Origin: Zancudomyces culisetae HAW-14-8
Lineage: Eukaryota; Fungi; Kickxellomycota
Direction of reading: 5' to 3'
Assembly (NCBI GenBank): GCA_052426225.1
Contig: JBNJNM010000021.1
Span: 1,426,001 to 1,490,000 of the forward strand
Length of the DNA: 64,000 nucleotides
Both the position numbers and the translations under genes were made by a program. A model generated the notes under the pieces. It did not search any database and was not told the origin of the DNA. It saw nothing but the letters and a program-made list of their open reading frames with translations. Shown one piece after another: positions 1 to 12,168 of the stretch (positions within the stretch are counted from its first letter, which is position 1; the number at the start of each line of letters is the position of its first letter).

Positions 1-3000
1 GGTGAATGAAGTTGGTCTGGTGAATGAAGTTGGTCTGGTGAAGGACGTTGGGCGAGTACGAGTTGGTCTGGTGAATGAAGTTGGTCTGGTGAAGGACGTT
101 GGGCGAGTGAATGAAGTTGGGCGAGTGAATGAAGTTGGTCTGGTGAAGGATGTTGGGCGAGTGAATGAAGTTGGGCGAGTGAATGAAGTTGGGCGAGTAC
201 GAGTTGGACTGGTGAATGAAGTTGGTCTGGTGAATGAAGTTGGTCTGGTGAAGGACGTTGGGCGAGTACGAGTTGGTCTGGTGAATGAAGTTGGGCGAGT
301 ACGAGTTGGTCTGGTGAATGAAGTTGGTCTGGTGAAGGACGTTGGGCGAGTACGAGTTGGGCGAGTGAATGAAGTTGGACGAGTACGAGTTGGTCTGGTG
401 AAGGACGTTGGGCGAGTACGGGTTGGCCTGGTGAATGAAGTTGGTCTGGTGAAGGACGTTGGGCGAGTGAATGAAGTTGGGCGAGTGAATGAAGTTGGTC
501 TGGTGAAGGATGTTGGTCTGGTGAAGGACGTTGGGCGAGTACGAGTTGGTCTGGTGAATGAAGTTGGTCTGGTGAAGGACGTTGGGCGAGTGAATGAAGT
601 TGGGCGAGTGAATGAAGTTGGGCGAGTACGAGTTGGTCTGGTGAATGAAGTTGGGCGAGTACGAGTTGGTCTGGTGAATGAAGTTGGTCTGGTGAAGGAC
701 GTTGGGCGAGTGAATGAAGTTGGTCTGGTGAAGGACGTTGGGCGAGTGAATGAAGTTGGGCGAGTGAATGAAGTTGGTCTGGTGAAGGATGTTGGTCTGG
801 TGAAGGACGTTGGGCGAGTACGAGTTGGTCTGGTGAATGAAGTTGGTCTGGTGAAGGACGTTGGGCGAGTGAATGAAGTTGAGCGAGTGAATGAAGTTGG
901 TCTGGTGAATGAAGTTGGTCTGGTGAATGATGTTGGACGAGTACGTGTTGGTCTGGTGAATGAAGTTGGTCTGGTGAAGGATGTTGGTCTGGTGAATGAA
1001 GTTGGTCTGGTGAAGGACGTTGGGCGAGTGAATGATGTTGGGCGAGTACGTGTTGGCCTGGTAAATGTTGGTCTGGTGAATGTTGGTCTGGTGAATGATG
1101 TTGGACGAGTACGTGTTGGGCGAGTGAACGTTGGTCTAGTGAATGAAGTTGGTCTGGTGAATGATGTTGGACGAGTACGTGTTGGACGAGTGAATGTTGG
1201 ACGGGTGAATGATGTTGGGCAAGTACGTGTTGGTCTAGTGAATGATGTTGGTCTGGTGAATGATGTTGGGCGAGTAAATGTTGGACGGGTGAATGATGTT
1301 GGGCGAGTACGTGTTGGGCGAGTACGTGTTGGGCGAGTACGTGTTGGGCGAGTACGTGTTGGGCGAGTACGTGTTGGGCGAGTACGTGTTGGGCGAGTGA
1401 ATGATGTTGGGCGAGTGAACGTTGGGCGAGTGAATGATGTTGGGCGAGTACGTGTTGGGCGAGTGAACGTTGGTCTGGTGAATGAAGTTGGGCGAGTACG
1501 AGTTGGGCGAGTGAATGATGTTGGGCGAGTGAATGAAGTTGGACGAGTGAATGTTGGTCTAGTACGTGTAGGTCTAGTACGTGTTGGGCGAGTGAACGTT
1601 GGTCTAGTGAATGATGTTGGTCTGGTGAATGATGTTGGACGAGTACGTGTTGGACGAGTGAATGTTGGACGGGTGAATGATGTTGGGCAAGTACGTGTTG
1701 GTCTAGTGAATGATGTTGGTCTGGTGAATGATGTTGGGCGAGTAAATGTTGGACGGGTGAATGATGTTGGGCGAGTACGTGTTGGGCGAGTGAACGTTGG
1801 TCTGGTGAAGGACGTTGGGCGAGTACGTGTTGGGCGAGTGAATGATGTTGGTCTGGTGAATGAAGTTGGTCTGGTGAATGAAGTTGGTCTGGTGAAGGAC
1901 GTTGGGCGAGTACGTGTTGGGCGAGTGAATGATGTTGGTCTGGTGAATGAAGTTGGTCTGGTGAATGAAGTTGGTCTGGTGAATGATGTTGGACGAGTAC
2001 GTGTTGGGCGAGTGAATGATGTTGGGCGAGTGAACGTTGGGCGAGTGAACGTTGGACGAGTGAATGATGTTGGGCGAGTACGTGTTGGGCGAGTGAATGA
2101 TGTTGGTCTGGTGAATGAAGTTGGTCTGGTGAATGAAGTTGGTCTGGTGAATGATGTTGGACGAGTACGTGTTGGGCGAGTGAATGATGTTGGGCGAGTG
2201 AACGTTGGGCGAGTGAACGTTGGACGAGTGAATGAAGTTGGGCGAGTACGTGTTGGACGGGTGAATGATGTTGGGCGAGTACGTGTTGGGCGAGTGAATG
2301 ATGTTGGACGAGTGAATGAAGTTGGGCGAGTACGGGTTGGGCGAGTACGTGTTGGGCGAGTGAATGATGTTGGGCGAGTGAATGATGTTGGGCGAGTGAA
2401 TGTTGGACGGGTGAATGATGTTGGGCGAGTACGTGTTGGGCGAGTGAACGTTGGGCGAGTGAATGAAGTTGGGCGAGTGAATGAAGTTGGGTGAGTACGG
2501 GTTGGCCTGGTGAATGAAGTTGGTCTGGTGAATGAAGTTGGTCTGGTGAATGAAGTTGGTCTGGTGAATGATGTTGGACGAGTACGTGTTGGGCGAGTGA
2601 ATGATGTTGGGCGAGTGAATGATGTTGGGCGAGTGAATGATGTTGGGCGAGTGAATGATGTTGGGCGAGTGAATGAAGTTGGTCTGGTGAATGAAGTTGG
2701 TCTGGTGAATGAAGTTGGTCTGGTGAATGATGTTGGACGAGTACGTGTTGGGCGAGTGAATGATGTTGGGCGAGTGAACGTTGGGCGAGTGAACGTTGGA
2801 CGAGTGAATGATGTTGGGCGAGTACGTGTTGGGCGAGTGAACGTTGGTCTGGTGAATGAAGTTGGGCGAGTACGAGTTGGGCGAGTGAATGATGTTGGGC
2901 GAGTGAATGAAGTTGGTCTGGTGAATGAAGTTGGTCTGGTGAAGGACGTTGGGCGAGTGAATGATGTTGGACGAGTGAATGAAGTTGGGCGAGTACGGGT

Positions 3001-3665
3001 TGGGCGAGTGAATGATGTAGGTCTGGTGAATGATGTTGGGCGAGTACGTGTTGGCCTGGTAAATGTTGGTCTGGTGAATGTTGGTCTGGTGAATGATGTT
3101 GGACGAGTACGTGTTGGGCGAGTGAATGATGTTGGGCGAGTGAACGTTGGGCGAGTGAACGTTGGACGAGTGAATGATGTTGGGCGAGTACGTGTTGGGC
3201 GAGTGAACGTTGGTCTGGTGAATGAAGTTGGGCGAGTACGAGTTGGGCGAGTGAATGATGTTGGGCGAGTGAATGAAGTTGGTCTGGTGAATGAAGTTGG
3301 TCTGGTGAAGGACGTTGGGTGAGTGAATGATGTTGGACGAGTGAATGTTGGTCTAGTACGTGTAGGTCTAGTACGTGTTGGGCGAGTGAACGTTGGTCTA
3401 GTGAATGATGTTGGTCTGGTGAATGATGTTGGGCGAGTGAGTGTTGGACGAGTGAATGATGTTGGGCGAGTGAACGTTGGACGAGTAAATGTTGGACAAG
3501 TACGGGTTGGTCTGGTGAATGTTGGGCGAGTGAATGTTGGGCGAGTGAATGTTGGTCTAGTGAACGTTGGTCTAGTGAATGATGTTGGGCGAGTGAACGT
3601 TGGACGAGTAAATGTTGGACAAGTACGGGTTGGTCTGGTGAATGTTGGGCGAGTGGACGTTGGTC
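1..3665 (-). repeat. Coding minisatellite, mixed 15/18-bp units ([16 protein letters not shown])
   Basis: Units such as ggtgaatgaagttggtct and agtacgtgttgggcg. All unit lengths are multiples of 3, and much of the variation is synonymous in the minus frame. Confidence 0.95.
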
Positions 3666-6168
3666 TAGTGAATGGTGGCGGTCTGTGTGTTGGGCGAGTA
3701 TGTGGTGGCGGTCTATGTGTTGGTCTGGTGAATGGTGGCGGTCTATGTGTTGGTCTGGTGAATGGTGGCGGTCTATGTGTTGGGCGAGTATGTGGTGGCG
3801 GTCTATGTGTTGGTCTGGTGAATGGTGGTGGTCTATGTGTTGGTCTGGTGAATGGTGGCGGTCTATGTGTTGGTCTGGTGAATGGTGGTGGTCTATGTGT
3901 TGGTCTGGTGAATGGTGGCGGTCTATGTGTTGGGCGAGTATGTGGTGGCGGTCTATGTGTTGGGCGAGTATGTGGTGGCGGTCTATGTGTTGGGCGAGTA
4001 TGTGGTGGTGGTCTATGTGTTGGGCGAGTATGTGGTGGTGGTCTATGTGTTGGTCTGGTGAATGGTGGTGGTCTATGTGTTGGGCGAGTATGTGGTGGTG
4101 GTCTATGTGTTGGTCTGGTGAATGGTGGCGGTCTGTGTGTTGGTCTGGTGAATGGTGGTGGTCTATGTGTTGGGCGAGTATGTGGTGGTGGTCTATGTGT
4201 TGGTCTGGTGAATGGTGGCGGTCTGTGTGTTGGTCTGGTGAATGGTGGTGGTCTATGTGTTGGTCTGGTGAATGGTGGTGGTCTATGTGTTGGTCTGGTG
4301 AATGGTGGCGGTCTATGTGTTGGGCGAGTATGTGGTGGCGGTCTATGTGTTGGTCTGGTGAATGGTGGCGGTCTATGTGTTGGGCGAGTATGTGGTGGCG
4401 GTCTATGTGTTGGGCGAGTATGTGGTGGCGGTCTATGTGTTGGGCGAGTATGTGGTGGTGGTCTATGTGTTGGGCGAGTATGTGGTGGTGGTCTATGTGT
4501 TGGTCTGGTGAATGGTGGTGGTCTATGTGTTGGGCGAGTATGTGGTGGTGGTCTATGTGTTGGTCTGGTGAATGGTGGCGGTCTGTGTGTTGGTCTGGTG
4601 AATGGTGGTGGTCTATGTGTTGGGCGAGTATGTGGTGGTGGTCTATGTGTTGGTCTGGTGAATGGTGGCGGTCTGTGTGTTGGTCTGGTGAATGGTGGTG
4701 GTCTATGTGTTGGTCTGGTGAATGGTGGTGGTCTATGTGTTGGTCTGGTGAATGGTGGCGGTCTATGTGTTGGGCGAGTATGTGGTGGCGGTCTATGTGT
4801 TGGTCTGGTGAATGGTGGTGGTCTATGTGTTGGGCGAGTATGTGGTGGTGGTCTATGTGTTGGTCTGGTGAATGGTGGCGGTCTGTGTGTTGGTCTGGTG
4901 AATGGTGGCGGTCTATGTGTTGGGCGAGTATGTGGTGGCGGTCTATGTGTTGGTCTGGTGAATGGTGGTGGTCTATGTGTTGGGCGAGTATGTGGTGGTG
5001 GTCTATGTGTTGGTCTGGTGAATGGTGGTGGTCTATGTGTTGGTCTGGTGAATGGTGGCGGTCTATGTGTTGGGCGAGTATGTGGTGGCGGTCTATGTGG
5101 TGGCGGTCTATGTGGTGGCGATCTATGTGGTGGTGGTCTATGTGGTGGTTTACATGGAGCTGGTTTATGTGGTGGTGGTCTATGTGGTGGTCTATGTGGT
5201 GGTTTACATGGAGCTGGTTTATGTGGTGGCGGTCTATGTGGTGGCGGTCTATGTGGTGGCGGTCTATGTGGTGGCGGTCTATGTGGTGGTTTACATGGAG
5301 CTGGTTTATGTGGTGGTGGTCTATGTGGTGGCGGTCTATGTGGTGGTTTACATGGAGCTGGTCTATGTGGTGGTGGTCTATGTGGTGGTCTATGTGGTGG
5401 TTTACATGGAGCTGGTTTATGTGGTGGCGGTCTATGTGGTGGCGGTCTATGTGGTGGTTTACATGGAGCTGGTTTATGTGGTGGTGGTCTATGTGGTGGC
5501 GGTCTATGTGGTGGCGGTCTATGTGGTGGCGGTCTATGTGGTGGTGGTCTATGTGGTGGTTTACATGGAGCTGGTTTATGTGGTGGTGGTCTATGTGGTG
5601 GTTTACATGGAGCTGGTTTATGTGGTGGTGGTCTATGTGGTGGCGGTCTATGTGGTGGCGGTCTATGTGGTGGTTTACATGGAGCTGGTTTATGTGATTT
5701 GTGAGGTGCTCGTGGCGCACTGTTATTGACTCTGTTTCCTCCTCTACAGTGCAGTAAATTCAATTTATTCTCATCATTCTCTAATGTTTGCATTTGTTTA
5801 AATACATTTTTTAATTCTACTTTGATTGATGATTGCTTTCCAGCTATTTTACTTTTGGTTACTACTTGACTATTTTCATCTTTTTCTTCCCATCGTTTTT
5901 TATTCTCCACTGTATTATATAAATTTAATTGGTTTGCATCTTGATGTATTGTGAACTTATTCATGTGATTCGGGATATATTCATCTAATTTATTTTCTAT
6001 ATCAACATTTTGATATAAATCGTTATTCGATTCTAATTTGGTTAATTCGATTTTTTGCGATTGACGTGCATTTTTTAAGTGTGTATCATCGTTTCTTATT
6101 GATTCTTGTGCGTTTGCTGATATCGATGCTAGAATCAGCAACAATATACTTTTGATATTGACGTGCAT
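1..6168 (-). CDS. Giant secreted Pro/Thr/Arg/His-rich tandem-repeat protein (mucin/extensin-like), 3'-partial, >2056 aa
   Basis: I translated the minus strand by hand. ATG is at 6168, with an in-frame TAA just upstream. The N-terminus [22 protein letters not shown] looks like a signal peptide. About 155 aa of unique sequence follow, including a KR dibasic site at ~aa 91-92. Then come [14 protein letters not shown] repeats, RPTHRPPP(F/H)T repeats and [16 protein letters not shown] repeats. I found no stop down to position 1. It is probably absent from the ORF track because no stop lies in the window. Confidence 0.88.
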   Translation of the reverse strand, partial: MHVNIKSILLLILASISANAQESIRNDDTHLKNARQSQKIELTKLESNNDLYQNVDIENKLDEYIPNHMNKFTIHQDANQLNLYNTVENKKRWEEKDENSQVVTKSKIAGKQSSIKVELKNVFKQMQTLENDENKLNLLHCRGGNRVNNSAPRAPHKSHKPAPCKPPHRPPPHRPPPHRPPPHKPAPCKPPHRPPPHKPAPCKPPHRPPPHRPPPHRPPPHRPPPHRPPPHKPAPCKPPHRPPPHRPPPHKPAPCKPPHRPPHRPPPHRPAPCKPPHRPPPHRPPPHKPAPCKPPHRPPPHRPPPHRPPPHRPPPHKPAPCKPPHRPPHRPPPHKPAPCKPPHRPPPHRSPPHRPPPHRPPPHTRPTHRPPPFTRPTHRPPPFTRPTHRPPPHTRPTHRPPPFTRPTHRPPPHTRPTHRPPPFTRPTHRPPPFTRPTHRPPPHTRPTHRPPPFTRPTHRPPPHTRPTHRPPPFTRPTHRPPPFTRPTHRPPPFTRPTHRPPPFTRPTHRPPPHTRPTHRPPPFTRPTHRPPPFTRPTHRPPPHTRPTHRPPPFTRPTHRPPPHTRPTHRPPPHTRPTHRPPPHTRPTHRPPPHTRPTHRPPPFTRPTHRPPPHTRPTHRPPPFTRPTHRPPPFTRPTHRPPPFTRPTHRPPPFTRPTHRPPPHTRPTHRPPPFTRPTHRPPPFTRPTHRPPPHTRPTHRPPPFTRPTHRPPPHTRPTHRPPPHTRPTHRPPPHTRPTHRPPPHTRPTHRPPPFTRPTHRPPPFTRPTHRPPPFTRPTHRPPPFTRPTHRPPPHTRPTHRPPPFTRPTHRPPPFTRPTHRPPPHTRPTHRPPPFTRPTSTRPTFTRPTRTCPTFTRPTFTRPTSFTRPTFTRPTFTRPTFTRPTFTRPTRTCPTFTRPTFTRPTSFTRPTLTRPTSFTRPTSFTRPTFTRPTRTRPTRTRPTFTRPTSFTHPTSFTRPTSFTRPTSFTRPTSFTRPTRTRPTSFTRPTFTRPTRTRPTSFTRPTFTRPTFTRPTSFTRPTRTRPTSFTRPTFTRPTFTRPTRTRPTSFTRPTSFTRPTRTRPTSFTRPTSFTRPTSFTRPTSFTRPTSFTRPTSFTRPTRTRPTSFTRPTFTRPTRTRPTSFTRPTFTRPTFTRPTSFTRPTRTRPTSFTRPTSFTRPTSFTRPTSFTRPTSFTRPTSFTRPTSFTRPTSFTRPTRTRPTSFTRPTSFTRPTSFTRPTSFTRPTRTHPTSFTRPTSFTRPTFTRPTRTRPTSFTRPTFTRPTSFTRPTSFTRPTRTRPTRTRPTSFTRPTSFTRPTRTRPTSFTRPTRTRPTSFTRPTFTRPTFTRPTSFTRPTRTRPTSFTRPTSFTRPTSFTRPTSFTRPTRTRPTSFTRPTFTRPTFTRPTSFTRPTRTRPTSFTRPTSFTRPTSFTRPTSFTRPTRTRPTSFTRPTSFTRPTSFTRPTSFTRPTRTRPTSFTRPTFTRPTRTRPTSFTRPTFTRPTSFTRPTSFTRPTRTCPTSFTRPTFTRPTRTRPTSFTRPTSFTRPTFTRPTRTRPTRTRPTFTRPTSFTRPTSFTRPTRTRPTSFTRPTFTRPTRTRPTSFTRPTFTRPTSFTRPTRTRPTRTRPTRTRPTRTRPTRTRPTRTRPTSFTRPTFTRPTSFTRPTSFTRPTRTCPTSFTRPTFTRPTRTRPTSFTRPTSFTRPTFTRPTRTRPTSFTRPTFTRPTFTRPTRTRPTSFTRPTSFTRPTSFTRPTSFTRPTSFTRPTRTRPTSFTRPTSFTRPTSFTRSTSFTRPTSFTRPTSFTRPTRTRPTSFTRPTSFTRPTSFTRPTSFTRPTSFTRPTSFTRPTSFTRPTSFTRPTRTRPTSFTRPTRTRPTSFTRPTSFTRPTSFTRPTSFTRPTRTRPTSFTRPTSFTRPTSFTRPTSFTRPTSFTRPTSFTRPTRTRPTSFTRPTRTRPTSFTRPTRTRPTSFTRPTSFTRPTRTRPTSFTRPTRTRPTSFTRPTSFTRPTSFTSPTRTRPTSFTRPTSFTRPTSFTRPTSFTRPTSFTRPTSFTRPTSFTRPTRTRPTSFTRPTSFTRPTSFT
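3666..5090 (-). repeat. Coding 30-bp tandem repeat (~47 units; [10 protein letters not shown] / [10 protein letters not shown])
   Basis: Period 30 is visible as identical columns in the 60-nt lines. Two unit variants are interspersed. Confidence 0.95.
5091..5700 (-). repeat. Coding repeat of HRPPP units with 9 HKPAPCKPP (Cys-containing) units
   Basis: 15-bp ggtctatgtggtggc units are interspersed with nine ggtttacatggagct units. Confidence 0.93.
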
Positions 6169-7817
6169 TTCTTATTTTCTATGTATCCTTGTTGTTTATC
6201 GTGTATTTATATGGTTTCGTTTCTATTTTTAGGTTTACGTATAGTATTAGTACAATTACAGTTTATACATATTCAAATTATGTTTAATATTGCTACAAAT
6301 ACTTTATTCAATCTACAGTATACCTATTATACTACTATAATTTACCTGTAATCTAGTTTCTATGAGTATTGTTGTCAAGTGATATTGTCTATATGATGTA
6401 AATAGTATGACTCAAATTTCCATTTTATTAAACTACAAGAATCTAATATACTCTACTCCTAAAATATATTAGATATATGTTCTGTTGACCTTTGTTTAAG
6501 ATCTTTAAACCGTATTTATAACATAATAATGAATAAAGTTCTAATCCCACCAAGTCGTATTTTTTTTGTGTTTAATTATCACTTTTGGCAAATATGATCT
6601 TAGTGATTAACCTGAGTTGTGATCATCAAATCCATATACGCACACCAAAACTAATACTATTGTTTTCCTTCCCGTAAAGGTTCTGCACTAAAATCATAGC
6701 TCTGAGTATTAACCAGGGAGAAGGTGAAGGAAAATGTACTTTTCTTTTTTCTTTTTTTTATGGCTGGACACGGTATTATCGTTTTTTTTTGGGAGAGGGA
6801 GAGTAATGGGGTTTGAGGGAGGAATGTCATATAAACCAACAATTCCTACAATCCCTCCACCCTAGTATTCTACAAAGCGATCTGAAATCCTGCCAACTAC
6901 ATAGTTTTTCATTTACTAGAGGTATCGGACTATCTTAGTTTAACACTTAGTACTAGAAATAATATAAAGTCAGGGTGTTTTCGGATCACCAATATTGGAT
7001 CTAGGTTCTTTATGAAACCTTATTTTTTTCGATTCCTGATACAATTTCCTCAATTTTCCTGAGGACCACGCTTGAAAAAAGTGTATAATATATTTTTGAA
7101 TGTATAAACAGACTTTTGGTTTATTTATGGTCAATGAAAGTTTGGCGATTCCAATGAAATCATTACGTTCAACACGCAAAGTGTTCGGGAACATTTTTTG
7201 TTTATCTACAATGCGAACTTTAGAATATACTAAATAGCTCGAGACTAATTCTTTAATATTCAAAACGTCCAATGTAATTCAATGGCCGATATAGCCCGGA
7301 CTATTTATAGCAGGAAATCCATTCTGTTAGCTTGATCTAGATTTTTTTCAATTTTGCTTGTTAGCAGCCCAAAAAAAAAAAATTGTCACAACAGACTTCT
7401 AGTTGCTGTTGTTATTCTTTTTTTGTTTATTACATTTTATTTTGGTTTTTGTGAAATAGTTGGTACAACAAAGAACTAAATCGTACAGCATGTGAGAAAA
7501 TATCAAATACAACAAAGTCTGCTATAATCATATACCCATCTATTTGGTGCTTGCACGCTTGTATACCACCCCCACCCACCACCACTCACTCACCACGTTT
7601 AGTTTATCTTACTCTACCTGAAAACTTGTATACTAGACTTTGGTCAGTTAAGTATTTGAAGATTTTCTATGCCTGGTTGGGATCGTAAGTGCCGACTTTA
7701 CAACAACCTTAGAGTACTATTAGTCAGACCGATACAGATATGTTGATTAGTATATTAAAAATACGTGATATATTTACAAAAGTGGTATAAAAAAAAAAGT
7801 AAAAAAAAACATCAAAG

Positions 7818-10800
7818 CTATTTGTAGTTTTTGTTTTTGAATTTACGAAGCATTTTCAGTGGTGTTAACAGCGAATTCAGCTTAGTGTGCTTGAGTGTAG
7901 TGTTATTAGCAGAATTGTGATTGTTAGCCTCGCCAATCTTCTCAATATCAACAGGAACTTTGGATACCATGGCTGATGCACCATAATTTGTCTGAGTCGA
8001 GAAAGCACCGTTGTTTCGTGCGCTGGTTGCAGAAAAGGTAGACGGTAAACCGATCCGGGGGGTAGATTTTGAAGGAAGATCGGGATTGAGGTTTTGAGCT
8101 ATGCTGGGATTTAATAGGGAAGTGGAGAGGCCAGGAGCAGAATCTGAAAAGTTGGTGGAATCGGAAAATGGCTCTTGGGAGGAAATAAGTAAAGTATTTG
8201 GAGTTGATGATAAATTGGTGGGGGCAGTCGAAGACGTGTTAAACATAGCAGTATCCGTGGTGTGGTGGTTGGTACTACCGAAAAAGGCGTTGTTCACAGT
8301 TAAAGTGGAAGAATTGTTTTCGGTTGAGATTTTATTTAGCTCTTGGCTGGTCTCTTGGTAGAAACTTGTAGTAAGAGGAGAAGAAGGAACGGAAGCCATG
8401 GAGTCGGATGGGGTTGGTAGTGAAGGGGGAGGTGGGTTTGTGGATGAATTAAATGAAATGTTGTGTTGCGAAGGGAATATTTTACGAGTCAAAAAGGCAG
8501 GTTTTTTGGAGGGTTTGAAGTGGAATGAGTTTAATGGATGCGAGGTAGAATGGTGAGCCGAGTCGAGAGATTCCGAAGAACTAATGATGGAAAAGTCACA
8601 TGACAGGTTGGAAATGGAGTTGGAGGGAGGATCAAAGGAGATTATTTCGAGGCTTTGCTTGTCAGCAACAGTAGGATCAGATGAAACTTGTTTGCTGATT
8701 GCGGGTTTATGTAGGCGTAGCTGGTCCAATAGCATGTTTCTTTCAGAAGCTACAGAGTTCAATTCTTTTTGGAGAGACATAATAGACCGTTGCAGACTAT
8801 CAAACTCCACTTTGGAAACATAGTCGGCCCTGCTATCGATATAGTCCAAATAGTAGTCAGCGAGAAGCTTGAGTTTTTGGGACATTTTAGTATCGTTGAT
8901 CTCTTTCGCGTCATCCAACATCAACCTAAATTCGGAAAACAACTTTTTGATTTGTTGCAAATGAAATGCACCAAGCTCCGAGCGAATTTTAAGTTCAATA
9001 TCAACCGCTCTATCATTTGCTTCGGAGACTGACTCTTTCGCCTGCTTTAAAAGTCTATTAAACGCGTTTAAACGCTTTTTTGACAAAAACTCAAACTCGT
9101 CTCGTTGTTTTTCAACCTCTGAAACCTTTTTAGCCAATACAGAATTTTGCTCCATCAAATCCTTAACTTCTTCCTTTTTCAGACCAAGTAGAAAAGAGTG
9201 CTCACAATTGGAGTTGTGGACAGGTTGTGGATCATTATTTTCAGTGTCTTTGTGTCTGGTACTTATGTCTGAGAGACTTTTGGCCCGGCGTCGTTTTGGA
9301 AAGGCAGTTACGAGCTTGCCATCAAAAAGAGATAGAGGCAAATCTGTTTTTGGTTTCTTGCTGTTTCCTGGTGCAAATTCAAACTGGTTCACAAGATCAA
9401 TGGTTCTCTTTCTTCCCAGCTTAATAAGTGGTATAGAGTCCGGAAAGGTAGATTTATTAAGAGAAGTGCCATTCATGGGTGCCTCAGAGGGGCGTCTTGA
9501 GTTATTGGCCAACATAAGTTGAGCCAGGCTTTGATTATAATCCTCCTCATCACTTTCAATCAAAACAGGAGCGGATTGTGAAGGAGATAGCAGAGTATTA
9601 TTGTTTGAGGTTGTCAAATGAGGATTTTTAAGTTTAGTCTTTGTAGGAGACATGAAGTGAGGAAGATTGGAAGGATCAGCGCGGACAGTGGATCTGGTGA
9701 TGGTTTTATTTTGCTTTTCGCTAAGAACTATGGTACTGGCTACATGAGCAAATTCCAACACGTTAAGAGTTTCCCAAGTGCCAGGCCCACGAATTGGACC
9801 AGATACTTGGTTTGGATCAATACACACAAGCATTACAGTCTTTGCACCGCCTTCCAGCGAGGGTTGAAGTAGCCGGGTAAGTTTGCTACCATTATATGGA
9901 ACCAACTGCATTTGGTTTGGAGGGACTTCAGAATTAAAGCGTAGAGAATCCATACATCTTTTAAGCGCCATCAGCGACAAATTGATGTTGTTGGATTCAA
10001 CCAATCTATCACCAACATTACGCGTTGACTTTGCACGTTCAGACCCAGCAAGATCGACTAGTGTAAGAGTACTCATAGTAACTTCAGCAGAAACAGGAAT
10101 TATTTCGTGTGGATTTAAATCCCGTGTCGCCTTCCACTTCACCACTCTGGCTACACATATTGCATGGCTGCGAGAACTGCTTGCGTTAAGCCCGGTTGAG
10201 TTTACATTCCGTCTAATTTGTGCATGCATCAACACACGCACCATATCAGTTGCTGTCGATATTCGAACCTCTGTAAGCTCATCTAAAAACGTGTGAATTC
10301 CCTTCCCTGTTTCGCTTCTCAGCAACAAGCTCCTTTTACCCAATCCTCTAAGCTCCTCTGGTGTCTGGATATCCAGGGTCCGATCAATAGGTTTTACTTT
10401 GGGCGGTCGGCCTCTTCGGCCAGTTCCACCTCCCTGGCCTTTTGCACCTGGTCTTCCTGCCCCCGTGGTTGTTACTCCAGAAGGTCCCTCCATCCCTGTC
10501 AATGCCTTCAAATCCAACAAATCATAAACTACCTCATTATGCACTTCGTAGCAAGAGAGATATAGAGCATATCGATATACTCCGGTATTTGTGTACTCAT
10601 CGACAGATTCATCAGAACTTGATTCACTTTCTTCGCCCTCTTCCTTTGAATACAGACTCTCAACACTTTCTATTAACCCTCGTTCCCCAAAAATAGGTCT
10701 TATCTTTGGATCAACGACACGCAAGTCGTTGCACCACTCCACCTGTGTTGCACATTTTGGCCGCAATGAATACCCTCCTTCGAAGAGCACACCGTTCTCG

Positions 10801-12168
10801 AGTCCCTTTGCATACATTCCCTGCCTGTTAAGCCTCTGTATCCTATGAAGTACCTCACCAACTGCCCGATAGATAAGCCCAGGTTGTGTGTCTGTACCTT
10901 GCATCGAATACGTTTTACCACTCCCTGTTGTCCCATATGTAAAAAGTAAGCCATTTTTCCCCGTAATCAGCTTGCGTGTCATTTCTGCTGTAGTTTTCCC
11001 ATATAGTGTATCTCCTGTTACTGTCTCGGGTAAAACTCCTGCAAATAAATACCTTTCGCGCTTCCCGCTTGTATCAACCATTCTGCGATACACTTCGATC
11101 TCTTTATCGTTTAGAACTTTCATACTCACTGATACGACCTGTGAACTCCCAATTCCGATTGTGGTTTCTGTTTCTGCCGTACCGTGTTGTACACTTTGAC
11201 CTGGAATATATGGTTTTAGCTTTAAAAATGTCTATATTTTTGTATTATAGGTTGTTTTTACTTTATTAGTTTCCTTATTTCTCGCAGGAATTATATTAGA
11301 AAGCTTTATAAAATAATACTGGTGAAAAGAGTATACCTCGATTGGATCATGACTAGGACTATATTCTGAAATAGCTTTTCTGTTAGTATATGGTGTTCTT
11401 GTTTGCGCACTCCTCAACTCACTATACATCTGATTCGTCGCCGTTCGATTTGGGGTTAAGGAACTACCTTTTGGATCCCACTTCATTTTACCCTTACTCA
11501 GATTACGAGGGCTGTTCAGCCTATTCATTCCTCTATATACATTTTTAAATTATTAGATTAGCTGAGAACAATATAATTAAAATAGTTTAACCCGCTTCTA
11601 ACTAGAAATACACTTACTCATTAACTTCAACCCCCGATCCACCCATCACGCTTTTATTGGATTGAGAAGAATTGTAATCTGCTGCATAAATGGCTGTTGC
11701 TTTCAGAGATTCTTCAAGCTTTTTTTTTTCGGCTTTCTTTTTATTAATTGCTGAAATCTCGCTCAATTCTGCAAAAGTTACCTCATCTTTATTCTTATTA
11801 AAATCGAATTCTTCAATCTCCCCTTGGTAATATACTTCATCTACCGCCTCATTGTTAGCCTCTTTTATTTCTTTAAGACTTATTTGTGCCATTATATCAT
11901 TGTCGCTTTCCTCCTCTGGCTCGACATCCATTGTTGTACTATTTCTATTTGCACTAGCCGAATTTTGAGAGAAATGATAGTTGTGGAAAAATCCAACTCT
12001 GTCGTTTTTTTGTAGGGTAGAGTTGTTACTAGCTGTCATTTGTCCAACTTGTCCTGACATGCTCCGGGTAGCCATAGGCGAGAAAAGCTCCTTTTTTAAT
12101 TTGTCCAATTTGGATCTTCCTAGCCGCTTGTTTCCAACTGTCCTTTTAGTTGCAGGTGTTCTAGTCAT
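7818..12168 (-). CDS. Kinesin-like motor protein, probably kinesin-6 family (KIF20/KIF23/Klp9-like); 3 exons, ~1386 aa
   Basis: Motifs: P-loop NGLLFTYGTTGSGKT, switch I NASSSRSH, switch II LVDLAGSER, VPY..SKLTRLL. There is a long insert inside the motor domain, then a coiled coil and a Ser-rich tail. Predicted exons are 12168-11618, 11532-11337 and 11231-7818. Introns 11617-11533 (GTAAGT..GCTAAT..TAG) and 11336-11232 (GTATAC..ACTAAT..TAG) join the track ORFs 11614..12168, 11232..11528 and 7818..11129 in frame and restore DPIE-TFLKLKP at the motor start. Confidence 0.88.

Noticed and set aside
1-5700. Repeat array as CRISPR, telomeric or satellite DNA
   Set aside because: There are no unique spacers. 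All unit lengths are multiples of 3 and continuous with a coding N-terminus.
2-5729. Long plus-strand ORFs (VNEVGL, GGGLC, MWWRS and VVVY repeats)
   Set aside because: These are antisense shadows of the minus-strand repeat gene. They are broken by stops and have no unique domain, whereas the minus frame has an ATG, a signal peptide and no stop.
6163-7272. Short ORFs between the repeat gene and the kinesin
   Set aside because: AT-rich and low-complexity, with mostly non-ATG starts and no motifs.
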